In this document: piece by piece, positions 12,501-24,500 of the stretch | Position numbering within the stretch: position 1 is the stretch's first letter | How the letters are laid out: each line of letters begins with the position of its first letter | Made by a program: the position numbers and the translations under genes | Assembly (NCBI GenBank): GCA_002633005.1 | Contig: NMRA01001182.1 | Coordinates: 1-42,428 of the forward strand | Length of the DNA stretch: 42,428 nt | From: Phoronis australis | Lineage: Eukaryota > Animalia > Phoronida | Direction: 5' to 3' | Notes under the pieces: model-generated | What the model was told of the DNA's origin: nothing | Databases searched by the model: none | The model's input: the letters and a program-made list of their open reading frames with translations, nothing else

Positions 12501-15500
12501 GCTATATCAAAACACAGTACATACATGCAATTCCTTGCAGCCAAATCTCTGTGGACAAATTTGAGATCAGAGAGATACTCCATGCCTTTGGCTATATCCA
12601 CACCGAACTTCAGCGAGTCAAACACTGAAAGAACCTACACGAAGGAAAACAGTTAACTTTAGGAGATGAACAAAATCTATTGTATACAGATTGAGAGAAT
12701 AGTAATTTCTTACTGGTTTACATCGGTTTAATTGTTACTCTTAGTGTTGCGTGTACATGTACGTGTTTGTGAAAAGTAAAATTTTCTTCTACTTAAAAAT
12801 TGGCACCCGGAAGAACGGGATGCAAAAAATGGGGAACAATTTACCATCTATTTTACGCATGTAAAAACACTGTATTGAATACATTAATGACCGATCATTT
12901 TTGTTTGGTATTGAGGTTTTGTCTATCGACCAAACAACAAGGCAATGATTACACACCAACCTAAGTGCTGAAAAACGAAAACGTCTAAAGAAGCACGTTT
13001 ACAGGAGAATACCAAACAGAACACAACCTAGTTTGTATCAATTAAGATCGAGTAGTTCAACTCGATAACAGCAATCACAGCTATTTTACCTGACACCTAA
13101 TGGCAGAGCGCGGTTTTGAAATTAAGCAATGACTTCAGAGGTTCGAATGCAGTCGGTTCAGCAGATTACAACACGCTTACTGGTGTCAGCTTATTGCTAA
13201 AATTCATCGTTTTACATCAATAAATCAATCTAAAACACTTTCAAATACCCCGAGTTACAGAACAAACGTGTTAATTTATTTCGTTGTTACGGATTTTTAG
13301 GTATTTGAACGTACCATAGCCTGCAAAGTTCGGTGGGCCAATTTACCAAGATCGGTCGCGGGAGTTTGGGGTCTGCTCCGTAATAAATTATTCGTCCGCA
13401 AAGTACAGACAGCAGAAAATAGCTGTGCGTTGTAAATTTAGACGGGATTTTTCAGTTATAAACACACAAAACGCTTGCTATCCAGGCCAGTGGCTCGGAA
13501 CTGGTGAAAACATCACACACCTAGAGGAAAAAACCTCACTAACGAGTCAGTCATCAAACACATTATATAAAACGTTATGATCTCATGCCTTGTATTAATT
13601 GTAACTGTTTATGTTCTAATGGCGAACTACAATTCTCCATTACCAAACACCGATCAACAACCGATACGACGAAAGTCAGGCCACTGACAGACATGGAGAA
13701 ATTTCGCTGCCTCATATTTGGTATAAAATGCGTACTTTTCATTCTTTACTACTGCAAGCCACTTCCGAAGCATTATGGGCTCTCGAGGAAGTCGAAAAAG
13801 TGATATAGCCACTTTCCTTGCAGCTCCATAGCTCGCACAAGCAGGAACGATACCTCACACTATAGCAGCACTCACTCTGGAGAAAAACCACTGTGGTTTT
13901 TCTCCAGAGTGACAGCCGTCGCTGCGTCGTCTCTCACCTTCCTCGCGCGTTAACGCGACAACTCTCGGCGGGGTAAGATCGACCGGATACGAGGTGACGT
14001 TGATATAGACCGATTAAGACGGTAAAAAAGACTAATTAAGTCGGGTGGCATTCTCCTTTAAAGAGTGTTTATGATGACAAAATATCAAGTCTAGGTAATT
14101 GTAAAACAAATGAAATACAACAATTCTTCAACCTTTAAAACACCAGATGCGACCAACCTTCTTGGGATCTTTAATGTAGCTGAGCAGGTCACCATGACGC
14201 ATGAACGGAAGGATAACAAGAGGAATGTCGTTTCTGCTTTCCATTCGTATTCCAAGCAGCCCCAGAACATTTTCATGGTGAAACTCCCTCATAATCAAAG
14301 CCTCATTCAGGATTTTACTGACACTTTCTCCACAGGGAATATTGGCTGTAAAAAGGAACTATCGTTACAGATCGTACCACCGATGGACTTTATATTTTAT
14401 TGACAGCAGCATTCATCTTCAGAAATCACTTTCCGGTTTGTTATACTTTTTGTTATTTTATATTGTTTAATTGGCTACTTACTATCACGTTGTGATTTAA
14501 CAGCGACCTCTATTGATTCTGCTTCTTGATGGAGGATACCTTTGAACACGCACCCAAAATTCCCTGCATAAAACGAAGAATTATCAAACACGTATTGGTA
14601 TAACTGTTGAATAACCGAAAGGGACACCACTTTGTCACAAAACTACGAAGCAATAGCAGCCACAGGAACAACAAAATGAATTACAACAAAAATGGAGGCT
14701 TAATATGCGAGTATACATCTCAACATTCTCTCACCAATATAACATTAAGACCTAATAATTTTGTGAATTATATCAAACCATTTAATACACATTGACCATT
14801 TATTACAAATTGCCAGCGGTATAAGACTGTAAAATTTCAAAATTTGATTCTGAAACATGCAATGAGCCTTCACAATTTGTGTGCATCAACCAACGTCTAC
14901 GATGGTGATTTAGAAAAAAAAACATCGTTTGCTTTCAAGATCGGAAACGGAGCAGCGTGAAATTTGGTTTCATGTTCTGTCAATGGCATAACACCACATA
15001 TATAACGATACATAAAACACAATACTGATAATCATTCTGATAATACCGACACAACCATACATAAAGAAGGGAGATAAACGAAGAGTTACTGGAAAGTGAA
15101 AATGGAGGCTTTTACAAAATCGCGCGGCACTCCTGAAGCAGACACAAACACTGACCTTGTCCAAGTACACAAGTCTCGTCTACATCAATATTGCTACTTT
15201 CAACAAGTATGTTGGATTCTTTCACAAGGATCCATGTCTCTTCTTCAATGGGGCTGTGTAAAGTCGTTGGGTTTTCTTCGGTAAGCGCTAGCCTACCGTT
15301 TCCTGAGGTTGTACCTTGAAAAGTTTTTAAAACGGCGGCGGAAATGTTCTCATTTGTAGATTACTTTGGTGTTTTTATACACTAGGGAAACGTTACGCGG
15401 CAAGAAACACAGAAGTCATCAAATGTAATGGAACAGAATAAAGTATTAACCTAGATAGAAGGATATTAGTTGAGGTTCAGAGGAGGGATGAAGACGTTGC

Positions 15501-18500
15501 ATGTACATTAACACATGTCTTTCCAGAGAAGAATAATGTTCTTGGATACGGAGTCCTGTGTAACCAACATAAGTAATAGGCGAAATAGCAAAGTAAACGA
15601 TGATTAATGTTTGTGGTACACAATCAAAAAAAGTTTGAAATAAGATTGGGAAAATAGTCATTGGATTACATCGCTCTTGGGCTGGACAGTTTGGAATTTT
15701 TAATGGATATCTTAAGATCTATGATAATTCTGGAAAGACACTGGCACTGTCAATTGTACTTGTATAAAAATAGGTTTTATCTGCTTACACACACATTCAT
15801 TTATCGATCCATCCACCTACCTATCCCACCTTCCATCTATCCATTCATCCATTTATCTGCTTATAGCATAGTATTCAACTTTTTGTTGTTCATTACGTAC
15901 CAAACGTTTTCCAAGGGATCTATAGTAGCGAGAAACTTTCGGTCAGAGCGATATTTCACGAGCAGCGTGCCAATATGACTGCAGATTGTTTTTTAGAAAC
16001 CATGGAAAGACTCAAGCCGCCACAAATAGCCACAGTGTGTAGCAAAGTCAGAAAAATCCTGTTCAAATCTTGTGGTGGCTTCCAAACTTTCAATGGAAAT
16101 TGAACCTTGTTTTGAGTATTTGAACTAATCTTGGCTCTTTCACATGCTAATGCATTGTTGGTGTCAGTAGTAGAAGAAAGAAGCAAGAATCAACAAAAAG
16201 TTGATACCATCTATCTCAAAAATTGGACTTTATAGTCCTTGGTGGGTCACAGTTGTGTAATTCGCTAAAGCGTAGATCACGCTTGCCCGTTTTGCAAACT
16301 TTAAAAGGAGTTTCCTCCAAACTGTTGAGGGTTATCGAAGGTTACAGTGCAGTATTTTGTCTCAGAGTACTGGGTTGGAAAGTTGTTTTTAGTATCTGTT
16401 AAAAAGTCAACATAGAGTTTTATTTCATCTTCTTTTTTCTTGGAATCAATACCTTTGATTCACAATTCCTCGTTTCTTTCGTGAAATTGGCCCATTTGCC
16501 ACCCTTTCAAGTCACCACATATCAAGCACGCGCTCATATTACAACAGGGAGTAAATAGACGAAAGTCGGGCTTCATCAGCATAAACCGGGCAAAGTCGGA
16601 CCACAAAGCACAAGCCTCCAGTGATTCCGATCGTCTGAGCTTTGCATACCAGCAAAATGGCTGTATAACCACCAAAGAAATGGGTGAGGTACACGTATAG
16701 AGATAGAACGGCAACAGAGAAGTGAGGAGGAGGAGGAGAGGGTGAGATTTGTGGGGGAGGGGTGGGAGAAGCAGAAACAGAAGTTTAATATATGTATCAT
16801 CCCTCTCATTTTTCTCTCAGCATTACTTCATACGTTTAAATTGTTGCTTCGAATTTTCATGCTTTAAATCTTTGGATAAATGTGTTCTTGCTGAGAAATT
16901 TGAATGATTTTAAAGGAGCATGCCACCCAAAAAACAACCTAATTTGTATCAATTTAGATCGAGTAGTTCTACTCCATAACGACACGTACGGTTGCGTTAC
17001 CTGACACCTGATTGGAGACGAGGTGTGAAAATTATCCAATATTACTATTATCCATAGGTTTCACACGCAGTCTGTTCAGCAGTTCACAACACGGGATACT
17101 GGTGTCAGCTAATGGCTTGAAGTCATCGTTTAACACCAATAAATTATCAAACTTCGATGTAAAACCCTTAAAAATACACCGAGTTCTTATAAAAAACGTG
17201 TTGTTTTATTTCGGATTTATTGGTATTTGGACACACCGTAGCCTACGGCAGGCCAATAAGGTCCGTAGCATGAGTTTTGGGTCTGTTCGGAGATAATCTA
17301 GAAGTATTTTCCGTAATATACTGACATGAGAACCTAGATCTGTGTTGTTTAGACTTGTGATTTTTTGAGTTCTAAAGACAAAACGCTTGTTATCCTGGCC
17401 AGTGGCTCAGAGCCCGATCAGGCTCGTCGCGGCCGGCCGGATTGACTCGTTATCCCTGTCAGTGGCTCGGAAACTGATCAGAAATCACGAACATAAACCA
17501 GCCAAAAATCAGTGAAAACTAAACTTCCAGTCAAGAAAATACTATACTAGTGAGCCAAAGTAATGTGCACCTGATTATGATGGTCAATTTGCCACTGAAC
17601 TGCAAATCTACTTACTCGTCGGGGGCTGCGAATTCAGGTTCCGCTTTGGCCACAGCACCGTCAGGGCAGAAGTTGTACATTGACAATCATTATTTGAGTA
17701 ATGTAAATGTAAATGAAGATTCCCCGTAACACCTGGCCGTGGGATGGAAATCGAGTTGTTTCACAACAGTTTCTGCCACCAAACACTAAATTAGCATGAG
17801 CAAATACGGCCTCGGTGTCCGTCAATTAGTTTTATTGCACCTAAAGCCGGTAAGCAGTGATTTATTCATTGCTGGCTTCTCAAATCATTTACACTCACGA
17901 ACACTCCAAAGGCATTACAAATTGCATCTAATGAGACAGACTTTGTTTCAGTTTTATATCATTATTGGTTAGGGTGAGAATAATTCATTTTGAAACAGAA
18001 CGCTCAGTAATAAACGCCAACATGGCAACTCGCAATCCCGACTTAGGAAGAGCTAGAGCTCACAAGTCCCGACTTAGCAGGTGGATCGTTAAGTTTTACA
18101 GGCTATCAATTCGAACAGAAATACGGTAATGAAGAAATACTAGAGAGGTTTCGTGAACGAGCTAAGACAACGGAACGTATGGAGTTATTTGGCCCGTAAG
18201 CAGGCATTCGCCAGGCACTGTCGACGTCTGCAGGCCACAGACACGGAGATGTTTCACGGCCTCATACTTGCTATTTACAGCGTACATTTCATTTTTCACT
18301 ACCATGAGCCACTTTCTAAGCATTTCAGACTCTCGAGGAAGCAAAAAAAAAAACGATATACCCGCTTTCTTCGCAGCTGTTTGGTTCGGACAAGCGGGAA
18401 CGATGCACCGCACCATAGCAGCATTCACTCTGCATACATGAATCACTGACGTCGCTAGCGTCGTTTCTCACCTTCCTCACAGGTTAACACGACACCTCTT

Positions 18501-21500
18501 GACAAGGTAAGGTCGACCGTATGCGAGGCGATGTGGATATAGACCGATTAAGACGGCAAAAAAGACTAATTAAATCGGGTGGCATTCTCCTTCAAGATCT
18601 GAAATTTCATCAGTATATTTTTAACGTTGAATACTGCGAAGATATCAATGGCACATGTCAGTTCTCTGGAAAACATACCCTGTTTCAACTTAGTGCTAAC
18701 CAATTCCAGTTGCATTTTTCTGTTATCTCGTTCAGTCTTCATGAGCTTGCGTCGGAAGAAGAACACGATAGTAGCAATGATGGTTAAAAGAGCAACGATG
18801 CCGATCACTGTGCCAACTATCAGGCCGACGTTTGTCGAAGTATCAACTTCACTGGGTCTGTCGCTAGCGTAATATTTGAGTTTCCCAATGTAGAACTTGA
18901 GATTCCCGACCACGACCTAAGAAAGTGAAAGACCGAAGTACATGTACGATAGCTGCAGCAGTGTTGTGCGTGGTAGTAAATTGAGATTTAAGTATAAGCC
19001 CGAAGACCAGCGCAATGCCACGTAATGCAGTGGTAGCGCACAATCTGATAGTCACGATTATTATTTGAGAAACAACTGGATGTTTGTCTCGCAACTAAGT
19101 CAAGTTGGGAAGTGGTTTGTGGGCTTCAAAGAACTGAGAGTATGCTTGTAGTTGAAACCGTGATCGGCGCTTAAAAGGGCTTTTGGAACAGTATATGTTT
19201 TGAGGTGTCTCATGAATTAAAACAATATCGCCAGAACCCTCCAAAACCAAACGTATTTTGCGCTTGTTCGTACAAATGAAGTAAACAAAATTAACTTTTC
19301 CGAAGCAACGTGGCTTTTTAAATTCACGCGTAGTTACAGACTGCATGTAAGATGTAAAAGTGGCGGACAGCGTCTCCGTGTATCTACGCCCCGCTGCACA
19401 AATTGTACGCCGTTGACCAAACTCAAATTGTTTCAGTGATTGACAGGTACACGTGCAGTGTTAATTGTCACATCTTGGAATGCGCAGCAAAGAATGCGGA
19501 AAAATGCGCAGAGTGAGTGAATGTTCTTACCGAAACTTGAGGTAGTATGTCCCTGCTCCATCGATCACGCTCATCAAGTCCGTACGGTTGATGATCAGGA
19601 AGTTTGCACAGAAGTCGTGTCTTTGCCAGACCTGTCACGTTGCATTGTTCTTTGCCAATAAGAACTATAACTTCTTCTTCTGTACAGGCCAAGTTAAGGT
19701 TGGAACCCTTTAAATTAAATAACTAGGTTTAGCATACCCAAAAAGATAACGAAGACTGTTACAGTCGTATGTGTCAGTCCCCATACACGTGTACAATATG
19801 GCGTTTCTTGAAGGAACAAACCTTAAGACACGCATCCGTCACCTTCAAGCAGACGCCAAATTCGAAAAAGAGGCCGTTCATGTATACATGTACATGGAAA
19901 GCTATGACAAGATTGCTTTCATCGAAACAGGATTAAATATACAAAAGTGGCAAGCTCCGCCTAAGTGGTTAAGTTTAAAGGTTAAGGCAACCTTTGTTCA
20001 TGTCATTTTTAGCAAAAATAGGGTTCGTTGATTATCCCAGACATATTTTTAACTTATTTACAGTGTTTCTTAATTTAATTAATTACTCGTCGTCTACCCC
20101 TGAAGTTATGTTTTGGGAGACAAGAATTTCGCGCCAATTTGTTTTCATGTGAGAGCAGTCGAGTAAGTCATTGTTCTAGCTCGGTTGTGATAAGTTAGGT
20201 CGTCGTTTGCTTTTGTTTACGAGTCAGTCAACATTCCACGCTGTTGCTGCCTACCGAGTTTTACGCATTATCGTCTCACGTACAGAGGAAGAACTGTCCC
20301 ACTTGACCGAGTGTCCCGCGACACACTCCCAGTGGATGGTGACTTGAGCACCCAAACTGCTTACATCCCGCCGTGGGACTCCCTCGTCACGCACGTGGCA
20401 CCTACTAAATAGCCCCAAAACAAGTCCACAATAAACTTATCAAACTTAGGCTCAACGATCTGTTCATTGGATGACGAACTGTCCTTTTCACTGGGTGTCA
20501 AACTGGACCTGTATTCACTCCCACTACTCACGACATCGCTGCAGGGCTGCTTACAGGCTCTTGGCTAGATAAAACAGCACACGTGGAATCACTACTAGTT
20601 CCTGGAATTGTACGCTATGGGGTACATGTACGTTCGGAGGCATGACAGTAGATGAAGTGCCTCCAGTCACTGTATATACATGTAGTAGCCACAGCTCGCG
20701 AGGCTTCTCGCTTCAAAAAACCGCACTTCTCGGGGGTTGCGACGGGGCACTGCCGGAAATCAACAGCGACGGTATGGAACCCTTCTTCAGGCGTTGTTTC
20801 GCAGGGACCTTCATCAATTAAGCGTACATATCTCTGTCGTAATCTGACGGATGAAAACGCTTGCAACTGTTGCGTGAACGGGTAGCGCGCTGCGTGCTTT
20901 ACACGAGCGAGTTAGCCAAGTACGGTGAAGTGTGTCATCCTTCGGAAAGCGATGCAAGGTACCCAAAGCACGTGTGAGACTATAATGAGTACATCCTGGT
21001 ACGCAGCAACAGTGTGGCATGTTGACTTACTCGTAAACAAAAGCAAACGACGACCGAACTTATCGCAACCGAGGTAGAACAATTACTGACTCGACCGCTC
21101 TCATAGTCAGACTGACGAATGTATGAAAAGAAACTGGCGCGAAATTCTTGCCTCCCAAAACGTCACTTCCGGAGTAGAGGACAAGAAATTAATTAACTTA
21201 CGAAAAGCTGTAGTTTAGTGAAAAATATGTCTGGGATAATTAACAGACCTTGTTTTGTTAAAAGTGTTATGAAAAAAGGTTGCCTTTGCCTTTAAATAGA
21301 GTATGATTTTATGGAAAATTTCTATTCGTCCTCTTGGCAACAGTGATAAAGAATAAAGGCATATCCAACATGCCGTATGTACTTTAGAGTAGATAGATTG
21401 GCTTACCATTAACAACAGTTCTTTCGTGCCGTTGCTGATTGTTTTCGTCATATTGACCTCGGTGAATTTGAAGTAATCTGGATTTAGAACGTATGTCATG

Positions 21501-24500
21501 ACACTGGACACGTTTGCAAAGTTTTCACGTAGACGCCGTACTGCTGTGACGTTGTCCATGATAAATCCAATGGAGACATACGTTGGTGACTTCGCGGAAT
21601 TTAGTGCCGGGGAAGAGCACCACATCAACGAGTCGTTGCGAACAATGCAAGGTGTCTGAGTTTGAGAAGAGAAATAATTCGTAAACTGAAGTTACACAGT
21701 CGGTGCAAGTACATGTACATAAAACAAAAATAATGTATATACAACATGCGTAAGTGTTATTCTGTACCCGTGTGTTATGTCAGACATACTACTACGGTAG
21801 ATGGAGCTATCCCACCATGACCAACACAGTCAACGAGCCTCACCCAAAGCAACAAGGAATTTGTACTTTTTCACAAGCCGCAAAACAATGCAAAATGGTA
21901 CAAGTGGAACAAAATAAGATCAACTTTATAGCAACAATAGGTCAATTGAATTGCGTGAGATTATTGCACCATTAACTACTTGGCCTATATATACTTGCAT
22001 AATGCTGATATCAATTTACAGATGTAATTCCCGATTTTATACAGCTTCCATCACCGAACAGGTTGCTTTAAATCATTAACAATTTTCGAGTAAGTTGTTA
22101 AACCACGATTATTGCTTGCCCCTTTTATCAAAAATAATTGAGTTCCTTTTCGGATGTTTAGTGATTACAAGACTGCCGCTATTATGACGATATTTGGATA
22201 TGATAAAAGAATAGGAATACAGTCACATCCATTTTCGAAGATTTTACAGATCTAGGATTCTTTACGACTCAGATAATTTAATTGCAGTGCCGAGATAGAG
22301 CTAGAGGGGTTACAAATTTATGTTTTTGGATTATACGATGCGCTGCGACCACTGTTGCTTCCATTTAATCTAATATTTAGCTTTAAAACACAGCTGAAAG
22401 TCCACCGGAGGGCTTTTCACGAGCTGGTGAAATGGGTATAAGCCAAAAGAATGGGAGGAAAATAGTCTACAGTACAGTGTAATTATTATTCCCTTGACAC
22501 GTTTAGAAAACTGCAAACGGCTTTTCAATCATATTTCGCCTTTTTAACCCTCTTCTAAAATCAACAAATCAAATTGTCTATCATATTTTCTCCTTAGTTT
22601 TTGACTTTTAAGTCAAAAGGGGAATTCATAATATTATTAAAATAACGTTATTAAAATAACGTTATGAATTGACCCGAATTCTAGCCAATGAAACTCGTTC
22701 ATGCTGCAGTTCACGAGTTCACCCGGGGCCAGGTATAGGTTTGCGAAGTGTTTAGTAAATTCGATCGCTACTAAAATCTGACATAATTATTGTCTTTCTT
22801 CTAATGTTGATCTTTTTAATTTCATTTTACTGGGTCCAGATTATCAAAATGACGTCATACTGAAGACGCAAACCACGCTGATTAACCTACCTGTAGTTTA
22901 CTCTACATGTATGTTGGGCTAAAATACACATGCACACGAAAATTAGTTTAAAAATCTGTACCCAAAGAGCCAAAAAAATGCTTGTGAAATGTGCAGTTTT
23001 CGAAGTGCCACTTAAGTTCCCATCTTTCGTATTTTATCTTGAGTAGTACAACCTCCAGCAGGACTTCATGAAGTTTAACTTCATCGCATTCACTCTAATT
23101 GCGCGATGCATTGCCGTAAATAAAATGTCAGAAATGGCATGTGACGCAGATAGAACTTTAGGCGCTTACTGCTTGTGCTACGTGAGTTCCATCGCCTTTG
23201 TGAAGGAACATGAACGGCCTCTGAATGGATTTGAAGTATGTTCCCATGATAATAACGATTCGGCCACCTCTAAAAAGAAACATATGCTACCTTGAATAAC
23301 AGTAAACTTGGATGAAGCGTAATTATATGATAACTGTGCTCACAGTTCAAAATAAACAGTAATGGATGATCCTCATTCATACCCAATATGTTGAAACAAA
23401 CTTCACAAGGTCTGATCAATCCACGAGCGTGATAAATAACTCAGGTGATATACCACATCTGGTGAAGAGACCGCTCAACTCTAACAACTGCGGATTTTCT
23501 TTGAACACTTAATATGTGCTTTGTGTGATTAATGGATGCTTTATCTTGTCAGTGTAGGTCGTATTTTGCGATTGCATATGACATAAACAGATTAGCTATA
23601 ACAGTAGGTCACAGTTTTTATCCCGAAAAAGTCAATACAGAATACAGTTTGGTCGACCTGACTAAGAGAAGGTCAAGCACTCTTGCCCTATAGTCTCAAC
23701 TTAACGGCATCTTGTAAATTGTGGATGTTCTTAAACAGCGACTGTTATCGTGGTAAAGAATATTTGAAACGCAGGTTGTAACAGTAATCAGTCCATTTTC
23801 TTCGCATAATAAACAGGTGTTTGTTTGTTCACTAGTTAGTTAGATGCTTTCAGCGGCGCCCATTAAATGGCATGCCATGACAAGCTAACTTTTAGAGCTT
23901 GATTTAATGCTATATCGAAACTGTTAGTTTTTTCGAACCTCTGAAATAACCTCCAGTGTATGACTACTGAAGCAACAATTTGAGTGCAAATTCACAACTC
24001 TTAGTAGCATAAATCAAGAATTGTTTTTGAGATGCAATAATAACCAAGGAAAGTATCATTTTGTTCGTACCCCATGATCGACGCCACCGGAGCAATACTC
24101 TGTATAGTTGGGTCTGATGTAAACTGATACAACGCATGGAATCGCCTTTCCGCCTCATTTGTAAACTTCATCGTCAGTCGAGAAACAGATCTGGGGCCTT
24201 CAACTCCGTGTAACAAGCAAATTACCTCCGTTTCAAACCGACTAAAAGAAGAGAAAGCAAAGGGAGTGGTGTAGAATAGCGTGTGGCAGCAACAGAACAG
24301 ACACAACCTTTCCAACCTACATGTATGTAATCTGTGAATTATAATTGTATCGTTTCCCTAGTAGAAGGAGGAAAACATGTCTTCTAGAAACAGTCGGAGT
24401 CACCAATCACCTTTAGTTTTGACATGAATAAAAATCACCGGGAATTAAATAAATCATAGTTTGTCCGTGACTGACAAATCCTCAGACTTGTCGAGTGTAT

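Noticed and set aside
15901-15919. 19-bp AG/GT-bounded micro-exon candidate
   Set aside because: Phase 0-1 is incompatible with the flanking phase-1 junction
16460-16809. Minus-strand ORFs of 84 and 77 aa
   Set aside because: No domain similarity, and the phase-compatible frame hits a stop
17616-17732. Open 117-bp phase 1-1 candidate exon with a gtaagt donor
   Set aside because: It lies inside a transposon, has no recognisable motif and is not needed to keep the frame
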